From assembly GCA_033857635.1 (NCBI GenBank), contig JAWVDF010000022.1:138150-202149 (forward strand): a DNA stretch of 64,000 nucleotides, in the 5' to 3' direction. Source of the stretch: Blastocatellia bacterium (GTDB lineage: Bacteria > Acidobacteriota > Blastocatellia > Pyrinomonadales > Pyrinomonadaceae). Positions 18,547 through 27,922 of this stretch are shown piece by piece; position 1 is the first letter of the stretch; each line of letters starts with the position of its first letter. A program made the position numbers and the translations under genes. The notes beneath the pieces were generated by a model that saw only the letters and a program-made list of their open reading frames with translations, did no database searches and had not been told where the DNA came from.

Positions 18547-18770
18547 CTAGACGATCGCTGACTAAGCTGATTCACGAGGGCCACTATGCGGCTGAAGTTG
18601 ACGTGCAACTGATCGACGCGGAGGACGCGTGGTCGCCTTATCTTTCTCTGGAAGACGCGAAAAAGTTGGACGAAGTTAGGCAAGCTTTACGTCGCGAAGA
18701 TCTCAGTCGGGCTACGGAGTTGGCCCGCGTGTTTGAGCTTACTCCGGTTCACCCCCTGGTCCGTCTCTAG
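18543..18770 (+). CDS. Small partner protein of DUF4258 (putative antitoxin)
   Basis: 75 aa, acidic. ATGA overlap with 18226..18546. Family not recognised. Confidence 0.5.
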   Translation: MTRRSLTKLIHEGHYAAEVDVQLIDAEDAWSPYLSLEDAKKLDEVRQALRREDLSRATELARVFELTPVHPLVRL

Positions 18771-18795
18771 CGAGAAATTGTCTCGCTAATCCGCT

Positions 18796-20334
18796 GTGAC
18801 AACTCCTGCGCCAACCCCAAAAGACGCCGCCGCCGTTATCCTCATTCGGCCTGACACCGACCCAACCAACCCCGAAGTCTACTGGGTAAAGCGCAGCACA
18901 AAGCTCGCCTTTCTCGGCGGCTTTTATGCCTTTCCCGGCGGCCAGCGCGAAACCAGCGATGCTGAAGTCATGGTCGAGAACTGCGACGATCCAGAGACCG
19001 CTGCGATGATCAGCTGCGCCGCGCGAGAGTTGTTCGAAGAGACCGGGGTCCTGCTCGCGCGCGGCGCGCAAACACTTACCATCGGCCAGCGCGCTTCGCT
19101 GTGGGACGATCTCGAATCAAAGCGCACGAGTTGGCCGGAGCTGCTCAACCTTTACGGGCTGCATTTTGACGCCAGCAATTTCACTTTTGCCGGCCGCTGG
19201 GTAACGCCGCCGTTTGCGCCTCGCCGTTTTGACACGTGGTTTTTTCTGGTGACTTGTCCGGCTAAGCAACAACCGAAAGTTACGGAAGATTCTGAACTGG
19301 AAAGCGGCGAATGGATCCGCGCGCGCGACGCTTATGGCAAATGGGAACGTAGCGAAATCATCGTAGTGCCGCCCGTGCTCCATATACTTAAAACACTGGC
19401 GGGTGGCTTGACCGATGATCTCGTTACGCGATTTCTATCGGTGCCCCAGGCCCGTCGCGAGCCTACGCGCCGGATCGAGTTTCATCCCAACTACATTTGT
19501 TTTCCTCTGCACACGCCGACAAAGCCGCCGGCAACTCATACCAACTGCTACCTGATTTACAACTCAAGTGAGATTTTCGTGATCGATCCCGGCTCGCCTT
19601 ATGAAGACGAGCAGATTGCCCTGGCATCCTGTGTCGACGATCTGCTCTCCGCGGGCAGAACAGTGCGCGAGATCATTCTCACGCATGTTCATCCGGACCA
19701 CGTGGCCGGAGTCAATGCCTTAAACGATCATCTTGAGCAGAAGCAAAGCGCGCGTGTTCCCATTGCCGCGCATCGTCTCACCGCCGAATCCTTAAAAGGC
19801 CAGATCAATGTCGATCGCAACATTGAAGATGAGGATTTGCTGGAGTTGAAAGGCGAGCCCTCCATCAAGTTGCGCGCCCTTTACACCCCGGGGCATGCGC
19901 GCGGGCATCTGTGCTTCTACGATGCGCGCACCGGCGCTTTGATTTCGGGTGACAACATCGTCGGGTATGGATCAGTCCTGATTGATCCGCCGGAAGGTAA
20001 CATGCGCGAGTATTTCGCATCACTTCGCCGAATGCGAGCGCTGCCGAAGCTGTCGGTGCTGTTTGGTGGACACGGGCCGGCGATTGCGAACCCGTACGAG
20101 AAGATCGATGAATACATTACTCACCGCCTGCAGCGAGAAGAACTGATTCTCGCAGCCGTGCGCGAAGGCGCGTCCACTCCAACAGAAATTGTCGCGCGGG
20201 CCTACACAGATGTCCCTCCTAAAGCTCACGCGATGGCCGAGCGCGCGGTGTTGGCGCATCTGGAAAAGCTGGAGGCGGATGGGCTAATAGTCCAAACATC
20301 CAACGGCACCTATCAAGCACGCGCAAAGGCTTAA
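18796..20334 (+). CDS. NUDIX hydrolase - MBL-fold metallo-hydrolase fusion protein
   Basis: N-terminal Nudix box (GGQRE...ARELFEETGV). C-terminal THVHPDHVAG metallo-beta-lactamase motif plus a winged-helix-like tail. Confidence 0.8.
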   Translation: MTTPAPTPKDAAAVILIRPDTDPTNPEVYWVKRSTKLAFLGGFYAFPGGQRETSDAEVMVENCDDPETAAMISCAARELFEETGVLLARGAQTLTIGQRASLWDDLESKRTSWPELLNLYGLHFDASNFTFAGRWVTPPFAPRRFDTWFFLVTCPAKQQPKVTEDSELESGEWIRARDAYGKWERSEIIVVPPVLHILKTLAGGLTDDLVTRFLSVPQARREPTRRIEFHPNYICFPLHTPTKPPATHTNCYLIYNSSEIFVIDPGSPYEDEQIALASCVDDLLSAGRTVREIILTHVHPDHVAGVNALNDHLEQKQSARVPIAAHRLTAESLKGQINVDRNIEDEDLLELKGEPSIKLRALYTPGHARGHLCFYDARTGALISGDNIVGYGSVLIDPPEGNMREYFASLRRMRALPKLSVLFGGHGPAIANPYEKIDEYITHRLQREELILAAVREGASTPTEIVARAYTDVPPKAHAMAERAVLAHLEKLEADGLIVQTSNGTYQARAKA

Positions 20335-20364
20335 ACCCAAAGCCGCACAGATGCCAGGAACGAT

Positions 20365-20630
20365 CAGCCGCGGAGCGGCAAAAGATCTGTAGCCCATGGC
20401 GTGAGCCATGGGATCACAACGCCAACGCAACCCAGCCCCGGCAGGGGCGAAACAGCCGTTGTTTCATTTCGAGTTTCGTCGCTCTGCGACTGTCTGGCGA
20501 TCCTAACCGATCCCCACGGCTCACGCCGTGGGCTACAGATCTTTTGCCGCTCCGCGGCTGTCCTCGTGGGCTCCAACCCATAACCTCGGCTGACGTCGTG
20601 GGGTACAGGATCTTTTGCGGCTCTGCGGCT
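20365..20630. repeat. Long inverted repeat (about 48-nt arms, CAGCCGCGGAGCGGCAAAAGATCTGTAGCCCATGGCGTGAGCCATGGG) plus a third partial arm
   Basis: Arms at 20365..20412 and 20513..20560. Partial arm at 20597..20630. Abuts the AAA+ gene start. Confidence 0.8.
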
Positions 20631-20696
20631 TGCTTGATGCTTCTAAAAAACCCTTTGCGTTTAGCCTTTGCGTCCTTTGCGGTTAGAATCCAGTCC

Positions 20697-22166
20697 ATGG
20701 AACGAGCAAGGACCTTAGGCGAACTGAAAGAGACTGGTTACAAAGCGGTCTCGGTAAAAGACGAACTGCGCGCGAACCTGATTCGCAAACTGCAATCGCG
20801 CGAAAAGCTTTTTCCGGGCGTCGTCGGCTACGACGAAACCGTTATCCCGCAACTTATCAATGCGGTTCTGGCGCGGCATAACTTGATTCTGCTGGGGCTG
20901 CGCGGTCAGGCGAAGAGCCGCATTATTCGCCAACTCACGAACCTGCTGGACGACGAGATTCCGGTTCTTGCGGGTTCGGAAGTCAACGACAATCCCTTTC
21001 AACCCATTAGCGCTTACGGTCGACAGATGATCGAATTGCATGGTGACTCAGCCCAGGTTGCCTGGGTCTCGCGCGACTCGCGCTTTGTCGAAAAACTCGC
21101 CACGCCCGACGTGACGATCGCCGACATCATCGGCGACGTCGATCCGATCAAGGCGGCCAAGGGCGGACATCTCTTAAGCGACGAGCTGACGATTCACTAC
21201 GGCCTCTTGCCGCGAGCCAATCGGGGAATTTTCGCGATCAATGAACTACCCGATCTGGCCGGCAAGATTCAGGTCGGGCTCTTTAATATCATGCAGGAAG
21301 GCGACGTGCAGATTAAGGGTTACCCGGTCCGTTTGCTCCTGGATGTGATGTTGGTGTTCTCGGCAAACCCGGAAGACTACACAGCGCGAGGCAAGATCAT
21401 CTCTCCTTTGAAGGATCGCATCGGCGCCGAAATCCTGACCCACTATCCGAAAGAAATCGATCTGGGCGTTCAGATCACTCGACAGGAAGCATGGACCGAG
21501 CGCGATGGCTTCAAAGATCGGCTGGTGATCGCTGATTTCATTCGCGAGGTGATTGAACAGATAGCTTTTGAAGCGCGAGACGATCAGAGGATCGACAAGC
21601 ACTCGGGAGTTTCGCAGCGGCTGCCGATCAGCGTCATGGAGTCTGCCGTCTCGAATGCTGAACGCCGCGCGCTGGTAACCGGTGAAGAAGAGATCGCCCC
21701 GCGCATCGCCGACATCTACGCCGCTATTCCTTCAATGACCGGCAAGATGGAGCTGGAATACGAAGGCGAGCAGATAGGCGCCAACCGCATTGCGAAAGAT
21801 CTAATCAAGCGCGCCGCCGGCGAACTCTTCGAAGGCTATTTCGTCGGCATCGACTTTGCCGGCACGATTCGCTGGTTCGACGAGGGCAACAATCTCCGTC
21901 TGGCCGATACCGCTTCGGCTGAAGAATGCATCGGCTTGCTCGAATCAGTACCCGACCTGCTGGACACGGCGGTGATTCCCTTCGACTTCAATCGCAAAGA
22001 CGAAGCCCAAACCGTGGCTGCATGCGAATTCGCTCTAGAAGGCCTGTACGCCGCGAACAAGATCAGTCGCAACGAAGAAGGCGGTTACACAGCGGTGACG
22101 AAAGCGAAGAAGGATCGGCGTGGGATGATCTATGATGACCTGACTGAGAGCGGAAAATACAGCTAG
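20697..22166 (+). CDS. AAA+ ATPase, Mg-chelatase ChlI/BchI-like (a family often auto-annotated as sigma-54-interacting)
   Basis: Walker A LLGLRGQAKSRI, Walker B IFAINELPD, sensor region SANPEDY. Met at 20697; the upstream part of ORF 20544 is repeat sequence. Confidence 0.8.
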   Translation: MERARTLGELKETGYKAVSVKDELRANLIRKLQSREKLFPGVVGYDETVIPQLINAVLARHNLILLGLRGQAKSRIIRQLTNLLDDEIPVLAGSEVNDNPFQPISAYGRQMIELHGDSAQVAWVSRDSRFVEKLATPDVTIADIIGDVDPIKAAKGGHLLSDELTIHYGLLPRANRGIFAINELPDLAGKIQVGLFNIMQEGDVQIKGYPVRLLLDVMLVFSANPEDYTARGKIISPLKDRIGAEILTHYPKEIDLGVQITRQEAWTERDGFKDRLVIADFIREVIEQIAFEARDDQRIDKHSGVSQRLPISVMESAVSNAERRALVTGEEEIAPRIADIYAAIPSMTGKMELEYEGEQIGANRIAKDLIKRAAGELFEGYFVGIDFAGTIRWFDEGNNLRLADTASAEECIGLLESVPDLLDTAVIPFDFNRKDEAQTVAACEFALEGLYAANKISRNEEGGYTAVTKAKKDRRGMIYDDLTESGKYS

Positions 22167-22195
22167 CAATATGCGCCCGGTTGCGCTTTAGTAGA

Positions 22196-22837
22196 ATGAT
22201 CTCATCTAAAGAAAACCGTCAACTCTTAATTCTATACATCCTCATGTTGGGGATCCCATCAATTCTGGGCGCCGGCCTTTACTTAACTTTCTTTACGATC
22301 AACTGGACTAACATTAAGACCGCCTTTGAGACTGTTCAAAGTCTCGCAACCATCCTGGCGATAATCTTCGGTGGCATTTGGACCTACTACAATTTCATCA
22401 AAGGTAAGATTTATCAGCCCCGCCTTGAACCCAAAATTTCCGGGAGAATCATAAACAAGGGAGGCGTTGACTATTTAGTTGTTATCGCCCAGCTCAAGAA
22501 TGTTGGCATTACCTCAGTCGATCTTGACTCTGGTTGCGCGATTACTGTCTTTTCTTACCAACCTGCCCCGGCTGCACCGTCATCGGTGAATGATGCTTTT
22601 ATTAAGAAACTAGCTGTGCTCCCTGTTTTCACGGGTGATACTTCCATAGTAGTCGGCGCGACGAATGAGGACCAGAGATTGCTCGAGCTTCCCGCAAAGG
22701 GAGATGTAGCTTTCCGAATTCAACTTCGCGTCGTCTACAATGGGATGGAGTCAAATACGGGAACCGTGATCGAGTATCCGGCAAAGACAGAGAGTCCAGA
22801 ATTGACAGTTCATGTGAAAGGTGTGAAGAAGTCATGA
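22196..22837 (+). CDS. Two-TM membrane protein with a C-terminal beta-sandwich-like domain (hypothetical), AT-rich
   Basis: Helices LLILYILMLGIPSILGAGLYLTFF and LATILAIIFGGIWTYYNF. It sits between the AAA+ and vWA genes and is visibly AT-richer. An alternative TTG start lies at 22181. Confidence 0.55.
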   Translation: MISSKENRQLLILYILMLGIPSILGAGLYLTFFTINWTNIKTAFETVQSLATILAIIFGGIWTYYNFIKGKIYQPRLEPKISGRIINKGGVDYLVVIAQLKNVGITSVDLDSGCAITVFSYQPAPAAPSSVNDAFIKKLAVLPVFTGDTSIVVGATNEDQRLLELPAKGDVAFRIQLRVVYNGMESNTGTVIEYPAKTESPELTVHVKGVKKS

Positions 22838-23007
22838 GCGAAACAGCCGACAGAAGCCTGCCGAGTGATTCCAGATATTGGGAAAAGGTCGACGCGGACA
22901 AGAAAGAAGACAAAAAGAGGACTGAAGAGATCGAGCGCGAGAAGCAAGCATATGAAGAGCGGCAACGCCGGCGAAGGGATGAGAGAAATCAACGGAGTCT
23001 GACTTAG
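22834..23007 (+). CDS. Small (57 aa) highly charged Lys/Glu/Arg-rich protein (hypothetical)
   Basis: Too short for the ORF track. The ATG overlaps the stop of 22196..22837 (ATGA). Sequence MSETADRSLPSDSRYWEKVDADKKEDKKRTEEIEREKQAYEERQRRRRDERNQRSLT. Confidence 0.4.
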   Translation: MSETADRSLPSDSRYWEKVDADKKEDKKRTEEIEREKQAYEERQRRRRDERNQRSLT

Positions 23008-23182
23008 TGCAAACTATCCTTTACCGGCACCCGAGAACACCTTCACGTGCTCCGCTGGTAAGAAATATCAGTTCTCGGTAAGCACGTCAGCTAAGGCCCG
23101 GCGGTCCGGCATTGGTTGGGTATTGTCCGTGACCCATTGGTTGCGATCCATTCGTTAGAGTCCCTTCGGTGTTGTTCCCAAC

Positions 23183-24532
23183 ATGAAATTCACGCGCTAC
23201 GGAAAATTCAATGGCCTCGATGTCTGGTCGCTTAATCTGGGCGACCTAATGGAAGGCCTGTCTGATTCCCTGCTCTCTTCCGGCTTCGACGACGATTACT
23301 ATTGGACGCGCCAGCGCACGCCGCAGGACACGTCGCTCGACGCGCTGCGGCACGCTCTGCTGCAAGCATTGGTCGATCAGGGCATGCTCAGTGAACACCA
23401 GATCAAGCAGATGCTGGACGAGAACGAAGGCAAGTATGAAGGGTCACAACTTCAGGAGATGCTCAATCAACTGATCGAGCGGCTGGTGGAAGAGGGCTAT
23501 CTGACTCTGCATGAAGAACCGTCGTCGGAACAACGGCGGGAGATGGGACGCGGGCAGGGCCAGGGCCAGATCGATGAACCACTGCCGCGCAATATCAAGT
23601 TCGAAGTCACCGAAAAGGGTTTGGACTTTCTGGGCTACAAGACGCTGCGTGGTTTGCTCGGGAGCATGGGCAAGAGTTCACTGGGCCGTCACGACACTAT
23701 GCACCTGGCCACTGGCGTCGAAGCCGAATCTGCCAGCAAGCCATACGAGTTCGGCGATACGATCAATCTCGACGTAAACGCGACCCTGCTCTCTGCAATT
23801 CAACGCGAGGGGCTAACCGTTCCGCTTAATCTCGAATATAAGGATCTACACGTGCATCAGTGCGATTATCAATCGTCATGCGCCACGGTGGTGATGCTTG
23901 ATTGTTCGCACTCGATGATTCTTTACGGCGAGGATCGCTTTACTCCGGCCAAGAAAGTTGCCCTGGCGCTCGGGCATTTGATCAGAACGCAATATCCGGG
24001 AGATTCGCTGAAGATTGTCTTGTTCCATGACAGCGCGGAAGAATTGCCTCTGGCGAAACTGGCTACCACGCAGGTCGGGCCGTATCACACGAACACCGCT
24101 GAAGGTCTGCGATTGGCGCGCCGCATCCTGCAAGCCCAACGCAAAGACATGAAGCAGATCGTAATGGTGACCGACGGTAAACCGACGGCCTGTTTTATTG
24201 AAGGAGCGCCGACATCCCTGTCGGCGGTTCGCCGCCATCCTGGCGGGCTTAAACCGCCCGCTACCGCAGGCGGTTCTGACAGGAGACTCTACAAGAACTC
24301 AATGGGCGGCGATCCGTACGTGATGGAGGCGACGTTTCGCGAGGTCCAGGCCTGTCGCAAGGCCGGCATCATGATTAATACCTTCATGCTGGCCAGCGAC
24401 TACTACCTGGTCGAATTCGTCAAACAGATGTCCGCAATGACCAACGGCAAAGCTTACTTTGCCAACCCCTCGAACCTCTCACAATTTGTCCTGATTGATT
24501 TTTTGAAGAGACGCAAAAGCCGGGTGAAGTAG
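23183..24532 (+). CDS. von Willebrand factor A (vWA) domain protein, partner of the ChlI-like ATPase
   Basis: MIDAS motif DCSHSM, followed by the TNTAEGL and VTDGKPT blocks. Confidence 0.8.
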   Translation: MKFTRYGKFNGLDVWSLNLGDLMEGLSDSLLSSGFDDDYYWTRQRTPQDTSLDALRHALLQALVDQGMLSEHQIKQMLDENEGKYEGSQLQEMLNQLIERLVEEGYLTLHEEPSSEQRREMGRGQGQGQIDEPLPRNIKFEVTEKGLDFLGYKTLRGLLGSMGKSSLGRHDTMHLATGVEAESASKPYEFGDTINLDVNATLLSAIQREGLTVPLNLEYKDLHVHQCDYQSSCATVVMLDCSHSMILYGEDRFTPAKKVALALGHLIRTQYPGDSLKIVLFHDSAEELPLAKLATTQVGPYHTNTAEGLRLARRILQAQRKDMKQIVMVTDGKPTACFIEGAPTSLSAVRRHPGGLKPPATAGGSDRRLYKNSMGGDPYVMEATFREVQACRKAGIMINTFMLASDYYLVEFVKQMSAMTNGKAYFANPSNLSQFVLIDFLKRRKSRVK

Positions 24533-24544
24533 CGAGCCGTGCCT

Positions 24545-24629
24545 AGGTCAGTACCACCTGCGTGAGCGGGTGGATCCAAGGACGAGCCCGCGCGGTGAGT
24601 GTCTGGCCCACCCGCTCACGCAGGTGGGA
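24545..24629. repeat. Variant GGTCAGTACC... inverted doublet
   Basis: AGGTCAGTACCACCTGCGTGAGCGGGTGG ... CCACCCGCTCACGCAGGTGGGACTGACCT. Confidence 0.75.
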
Positions 24630-24685
24630 CTGACCTCATCGCGGGCACAAGCTAAAGCTTGAACTCTTGAACTCTAAGCTGACCC

Positions 24686-24845
24686 AGCGGCTCTGCCGCC
24701 TGATGTGCGGTAAGGCTCTGCCTTACCGTTTAGCTTAGAAGATCGCGAGGCTACGCCTCGCTAATGAGGCAGAGCCTGAGGAATTAATGCGATGGCCTTG
24801 ACGGAAAGCCGAAGGCTTTCCGCACATCAAGCGGCAGAGCCGCAA
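24686..24845. repeat. CTGATGTGCGG-family inverted doublet
   Basis: GCGGCTCTGCCGCCTGATGTGCGGTAAGGC ... GCTTTCCGCACATCAAGCGGCAGAGCCGC. Confidence 0.7.
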
Positions 24846-24879
24846 GGCGATTGGTCTTGTTTCGATGTTAAGCGGCAAT

Positions 24880-25776
24880 CTACTGCACTCGGAAGTAATA
24901 AGATCGAGCGCCTTCGGTTGCTCCGACCTTATCCCGTGTCAGCTTAATCTGATAGTTTCCAGCCTTTAGCAAAGCAGCCGGAACATCGAAATCGACGGGT
25001 GCTCCGGGAGTATCCGGCGCCTTGATCGATTCAGCAGTGAAGACTGTCTGTCCTTCGGCGGTTGACAGTTCTGCTCGATAAGGCCCGCGCTGATCGGACC
25101 GCGCCGCAAGTTGAAAACGCACAACATCCCCAACGCCTTTGGGTGGATTGACGGATGGCACTTCACCGGTCTCAGGAGCGGGCGCCAGCGCAACGCTGAC
25201 CGTCGACGAAGAACTCTGATCGTGGACCGGCATTGGCGAGGGAGTGACCTGATGTTCAGGAATAGACTCGTTAGTCGGATGGTTAGCTTCCTGCGGCGCG
25301 CTCCGCGGAGCCGGGCGCCTGGGTATGATCTTCTCAGTGATTCGTTGCGTCAGCCGCGGTTCCTTAATCACCAGCAAGGCCGTCCCAAAGAGTATCAGCA
25401 ACAGCACAACGCCAAATGCCAATCGCCAGGCCGGTCGAGTGACGGTGAACAAAGACCACACCCTAACTTTTGGTTTCGCGGCTGCAACCGGCGCGAAGCG
25501 TTCGCGCAAACCGTTTGAGACTTCAAGCTTACGGCGGCGCTCCGCGCTAACCAAAAATCTCCTTTCGAACAGATCGCGCTCGGCTGCAGCCAGGCGGCCG
25601 TAAGCGTAATCATCCGCCAGCTGAAGTTCGGCGCGGCGCACCCGGCCCTCCAGACCGTTGTCAGAAAATAGTCCCTGCTCGAACGCCGGCTGCTCCGACG
25701 AGCCCAAATCGCCCAGCAGGAAACGCCGGACCATCTCGTCAGGGAACTCAATCGGAGTTTTATTTTCTTCAGACAT
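24880..25776 (-). CDS. Single-pass anti-sigma-like protein (paralog of 38561..39526)
   Basis: Lies directly downstream of the sigma gene. N-terminal helical segment (RRFLLGDLGSSEQPAFEQGLF), one TM (LAFGVVLLLILFGTALLVI) and a C-terminal beta domain ending YYFRVQ. Confidence 0.6.
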   Translation of the reverse strand: MSEENKTPIEFPDEMVRRFLLGDLGSSEQPAFEQGLFSDNGLEGRVRRAELQLADDYAYGRLAAAERDLFERRFLVSAERRRKLEVSNGLRERFAPVAAAKPKVRVWSLFTVTRPAWRLAFGVVLLLILFGTALLVIKEPRLTQRITEKIIPRRPAPRSAPQEANHPTNESIPEHQVTPSPMPVHDQSSSSTVSVALAPAPETGEVPSVNPPKGVGDVVRFQLAARSDQRGPYRAELSTAEGQTVFTAESIKAPDTPGAPVDFDVPAALLKAGNYQIKLTRDKVGATEGARSYYFRVQ

Positions 25777-25798
25777 TGTTTTCAGCCCTCGCTTACGG

Positions 25799-26356
25799 TC
25801 AGGCCTCTGACAGACACTGTTCGATGCAGGTCTGTAACTTATCTCGAACACGCAACGCGCGCAGCCTCAAAGTACTGAGTCTGATTCCGAGTTCGGCTGC
25901 GATCCGTTTGCGCAGGTCGATTTTCGCTCGTTTGTTCTCAGCATAGTATTGCTCGATCATTCGCCGGGAATTAGGCGTCAGCTTGTCCAGACATTTGTCC
26001 AGACAACGATGGATCGTTTCTTTCGACTCGATATCATTGTCAGGCTCGGGGAGGCGAGGCATGGGCGGCTGTTTGAGATACTCGTGATGCACGTTATTCA
26101 TCACGCCCAAAAAATAAATCGCTTTATCGCCTACGTACGATGCCTGGATGTCGACTACTCTGCGCGCGACGCGGTCGATGGTCTCGTCCGCCAGTTCTTC
26201 GGGCCGGTCACAACCGCGGGCAGCCAGAATCGCCACCAGGCGCCAACGGATCTTTTCATAAGCCAGACCCGCGCGGTCAGGATCCGGATCAAGCCATCCC
26301 AGCAATTGATCGAAGTCATCCTGCCTGAGTATGCGAAGCGTTTTAGCCGGCGACAT
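25799..26356 (-). CDS. ECF-type RNA polymerase sigma factor (divergent; paralog of 37927..38532)
   Basis: Region-4-like HTH (RRMIEQYYAENKRAKIDLRKRIAAELGIRLSTLRLRALRVRDKL). Met at 26356. Confidence 0.75.
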   Translation of the reverse strand: MSPAKTLRILRQDDFDQLLGWLDPDPDRAGLAYEKIRWRLVAILAARGCDRPEELADETIDRVARRVVDIQASYVGDKAIYFLGVMNNVHHEYLKQPPMPRLPEPDNDIESKETIHRCLDKCLDKLTPNSRRMIEQYYAENKRAKIDLRKRIAAELGIRLSTLRLRALRVRDKLQTCIEQCLSEA

Positions 26357-26397
26357 GTTCTTTGGGTCAAGGGTACAACAGAACCTCGAATTACTGA

Positions 26398-26533
26398 GCG
26401 CGGACACGGCCGGGGCCGCCCGCTGGTGTGCCCGTCCTGTCCGCCAGCACGCGCAGCGCGCTTAACCGTTCGTGATTGAACCGAACGAATTGTTCGCGCT
26501 TCGCGCTCAGGCGGACAGGATGTCCGCGATCCG
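26398..26533. repeat. GCGGAC..GTCCGC / GCGCGCAGCGCGC inverted doublet
   Basis: Same family as 29762, 44570 and 61772. Confidence 0.75.
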
Positions 26534-26538
26534 GCCCG

Positions 26539-26856
26539 TTACTCCTTCGTTACATCCGCGAGGGCCACAGTCTTCTCTTCCTTCTGACCCTGGACCTTGA
26601 CCGTTACCTTGCCCGCTTTCTCGTCCACGCTGACGACGGTAGCATCAGTCGCAGTTCCATTGATCGTAATCTTGACCTTGTCGCCTGCCTTGACCAGTGG
26701 CTTAAGCGAAGCGCTCGGTTCGGGCGAAGGCGTTACCGGCGCCGGTGTTGACGCAGCCGGAGTGTTTGGCTTCGCGTTGGAATTTTCTGTGCCGGCTGGC
26801 TCGCACGCCGCGAGTGTCAGCGACAGAAGTACTATCGCAAAAAGTTTCTTCGTCAT
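26539..26856 (-). CDS. Small lipoprotein with an SH3/Tudor-like C-terminal domain (hypothetical)
   Basis: GGAGGA RBS. Lipobox LTLAAC and a Pro/Thr/Ser linker. Confidence 0.6.
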   Translation of the reverse strand: MTKKLFAIVLLSLTLAACEPAGTENSNAKPNTPAASTPAPVTPSPEPSASLKPLVKAGDKVKITINGTATDATVVSVDEKAGKVTVKVQGQKEEKTVALADVTKE

Positions 26857-27077
26857 GATTGTCCTCCATTTGTCCTGGCCTCCTGTAAAAAGGAGTGCCG
26901 CTTCCCTTCTTCGGTGGGTGAATGGGAATAAGAGGCAAAACATTTCACGCCTGTAGGAATTTCTTTGCAGGCAGGTAGCGTTCAGAGTTCAACCTTTAGA
27001 TTGCAGTCTGCGAGCAAGGTTTGTCGTAGTGACTTGGCGCAGCAGGGTTTTACCGATGTCGCGCTGCATTCGGCGAG

Positions 27078-27174
27078 TGATGACGTCAGTACGGCAGCGA
27101 CCGGGTCTCAATTCACGCAACGGTCTTGTTGTCCAGAGAGAACCCGGTCGCTACCGCTCCCGGTACTGACCTCA
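27078..27174. repeat. GGTCAGTACCGG...-family inverted doublet
   Basis: The right arm ACCCGGTCGCTACCGCTCCCGGTACTGACCTCAT ends 1 nt before the stop codon of 27175..27918. Confidence 0.8.
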
Positions 27175-27918
27175 TTATTTTCGCTCGGCGCTGAAATCAT
27201 AAGTGAGGTAAAGCTTCAGAGCGCCCTCCTGGACTTCAGCATGCACGTCTTTGACGAGGGCCTTGACCGCTCCGCCGCTGGCCTGCACTTTGAGCGAGAG
27301 GGTGAGCTGCGAAACCGGCAGGACCTCGAAAGGGTTTAGTTGATCGGCGATCGTCTTGCGCACAAAAGCGGTGACCAAACTGCTGACAATCGGCGGCACG
27401 TCATCAAGCGTTATTTCCTCGACGTTTAGCTGGCCAAAAACTGTCTGCTTGCTTTGTTCGAACGACAGATCCACGGTCGCTTTGCCGGTGCCTTTGAACT
27501 GCACACATCGCGAGAGGACGCTGTAACTGCCGCTGAACGCAAGCGGCGCGGTAATCTTGCCGCCGGTAAATTTCACCCCGGTCTTAACGTTGTTGGCTTG
27601 CTGATTCAGTACGAGTACATCGCTGCAGGAGCTCTGAAACGCAGCCGGTTGCAGCGGCAACTGATCGTTGTTTTGATTTCTAATTTGAGAAAGCTTCAGT
27701 TGCGGCGGTCCGAGCTGAGTAAAGATCGTGCCCAGTAACGAATCGAAAAACTTTTCATCGACCGTTACTGAGACTGTTCCAGTAGTGTTGCCATTCGGAT
27801 CAGGCGGCCCTACCGGAGTTCCCGGCAAACCCTTTCCCTTGGGCGCGCCCAGAAAATATGCGGTCGCTACCGCGCCCAGCAGCAACCCGGCAATCAGTAT
27901 CAGAATGTTTCTAGTCAT
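27175..27918 (-). CDS. Membrane-anchored hypothetical protein
   Basis: N-terminal TM NILILIAGLLLGAVATAYFL. No recognised family. Starts 5 nt after the upstream lipoprotein gene ends. Confidence 0.55.
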   Translation of the reverse strand: MTRNILILIAGLLLGAVATAYFLGAPKGKGLPGTPVGPPDPNGNTTGTVSVTVDEKFFDSLLGTIFTQLGPPQLKLSQIRNQNNDQLPLQPAAFQSSCSDVLVLNQQANNVKTGVKFTGGKITAPLAFSGSYSVLSRCVQFKGTGKATVDLSFEQSKQTVFGQLNVEEITLDDVPPIVSSLVTAFVRKTIADQLNPFEVLPVSQLTLSLKVQASGGAVKALVKDVHAEVQEGALKLYLTYDFSAERK

Positions 27919-27922
27919 TGGT

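Noticed and set aside
20544-20696. Upstream extensions of several ORFs in the track (20544 for the AAA+ gene, 10883 for the serine hydrolase, 5095 for qor, 25851 and 26407 for the anti-sigma and sigma genes).
   Set aside because: The extra codons run through repeat elements or overlap neighbouring genes. Internal Met codons with a signal peptide or conserved N-terminus fit better.
20697-22166. Reading the AAA+ protein as a sigma-54 enhancer-binding transcription factor.
   Set aside because: There is no C-terminal HTH, receiver domain or GAFTGA-like loop that I can see. The adjacent vWA partner points to a ChlI/MoxR-type remodelling ATPase.
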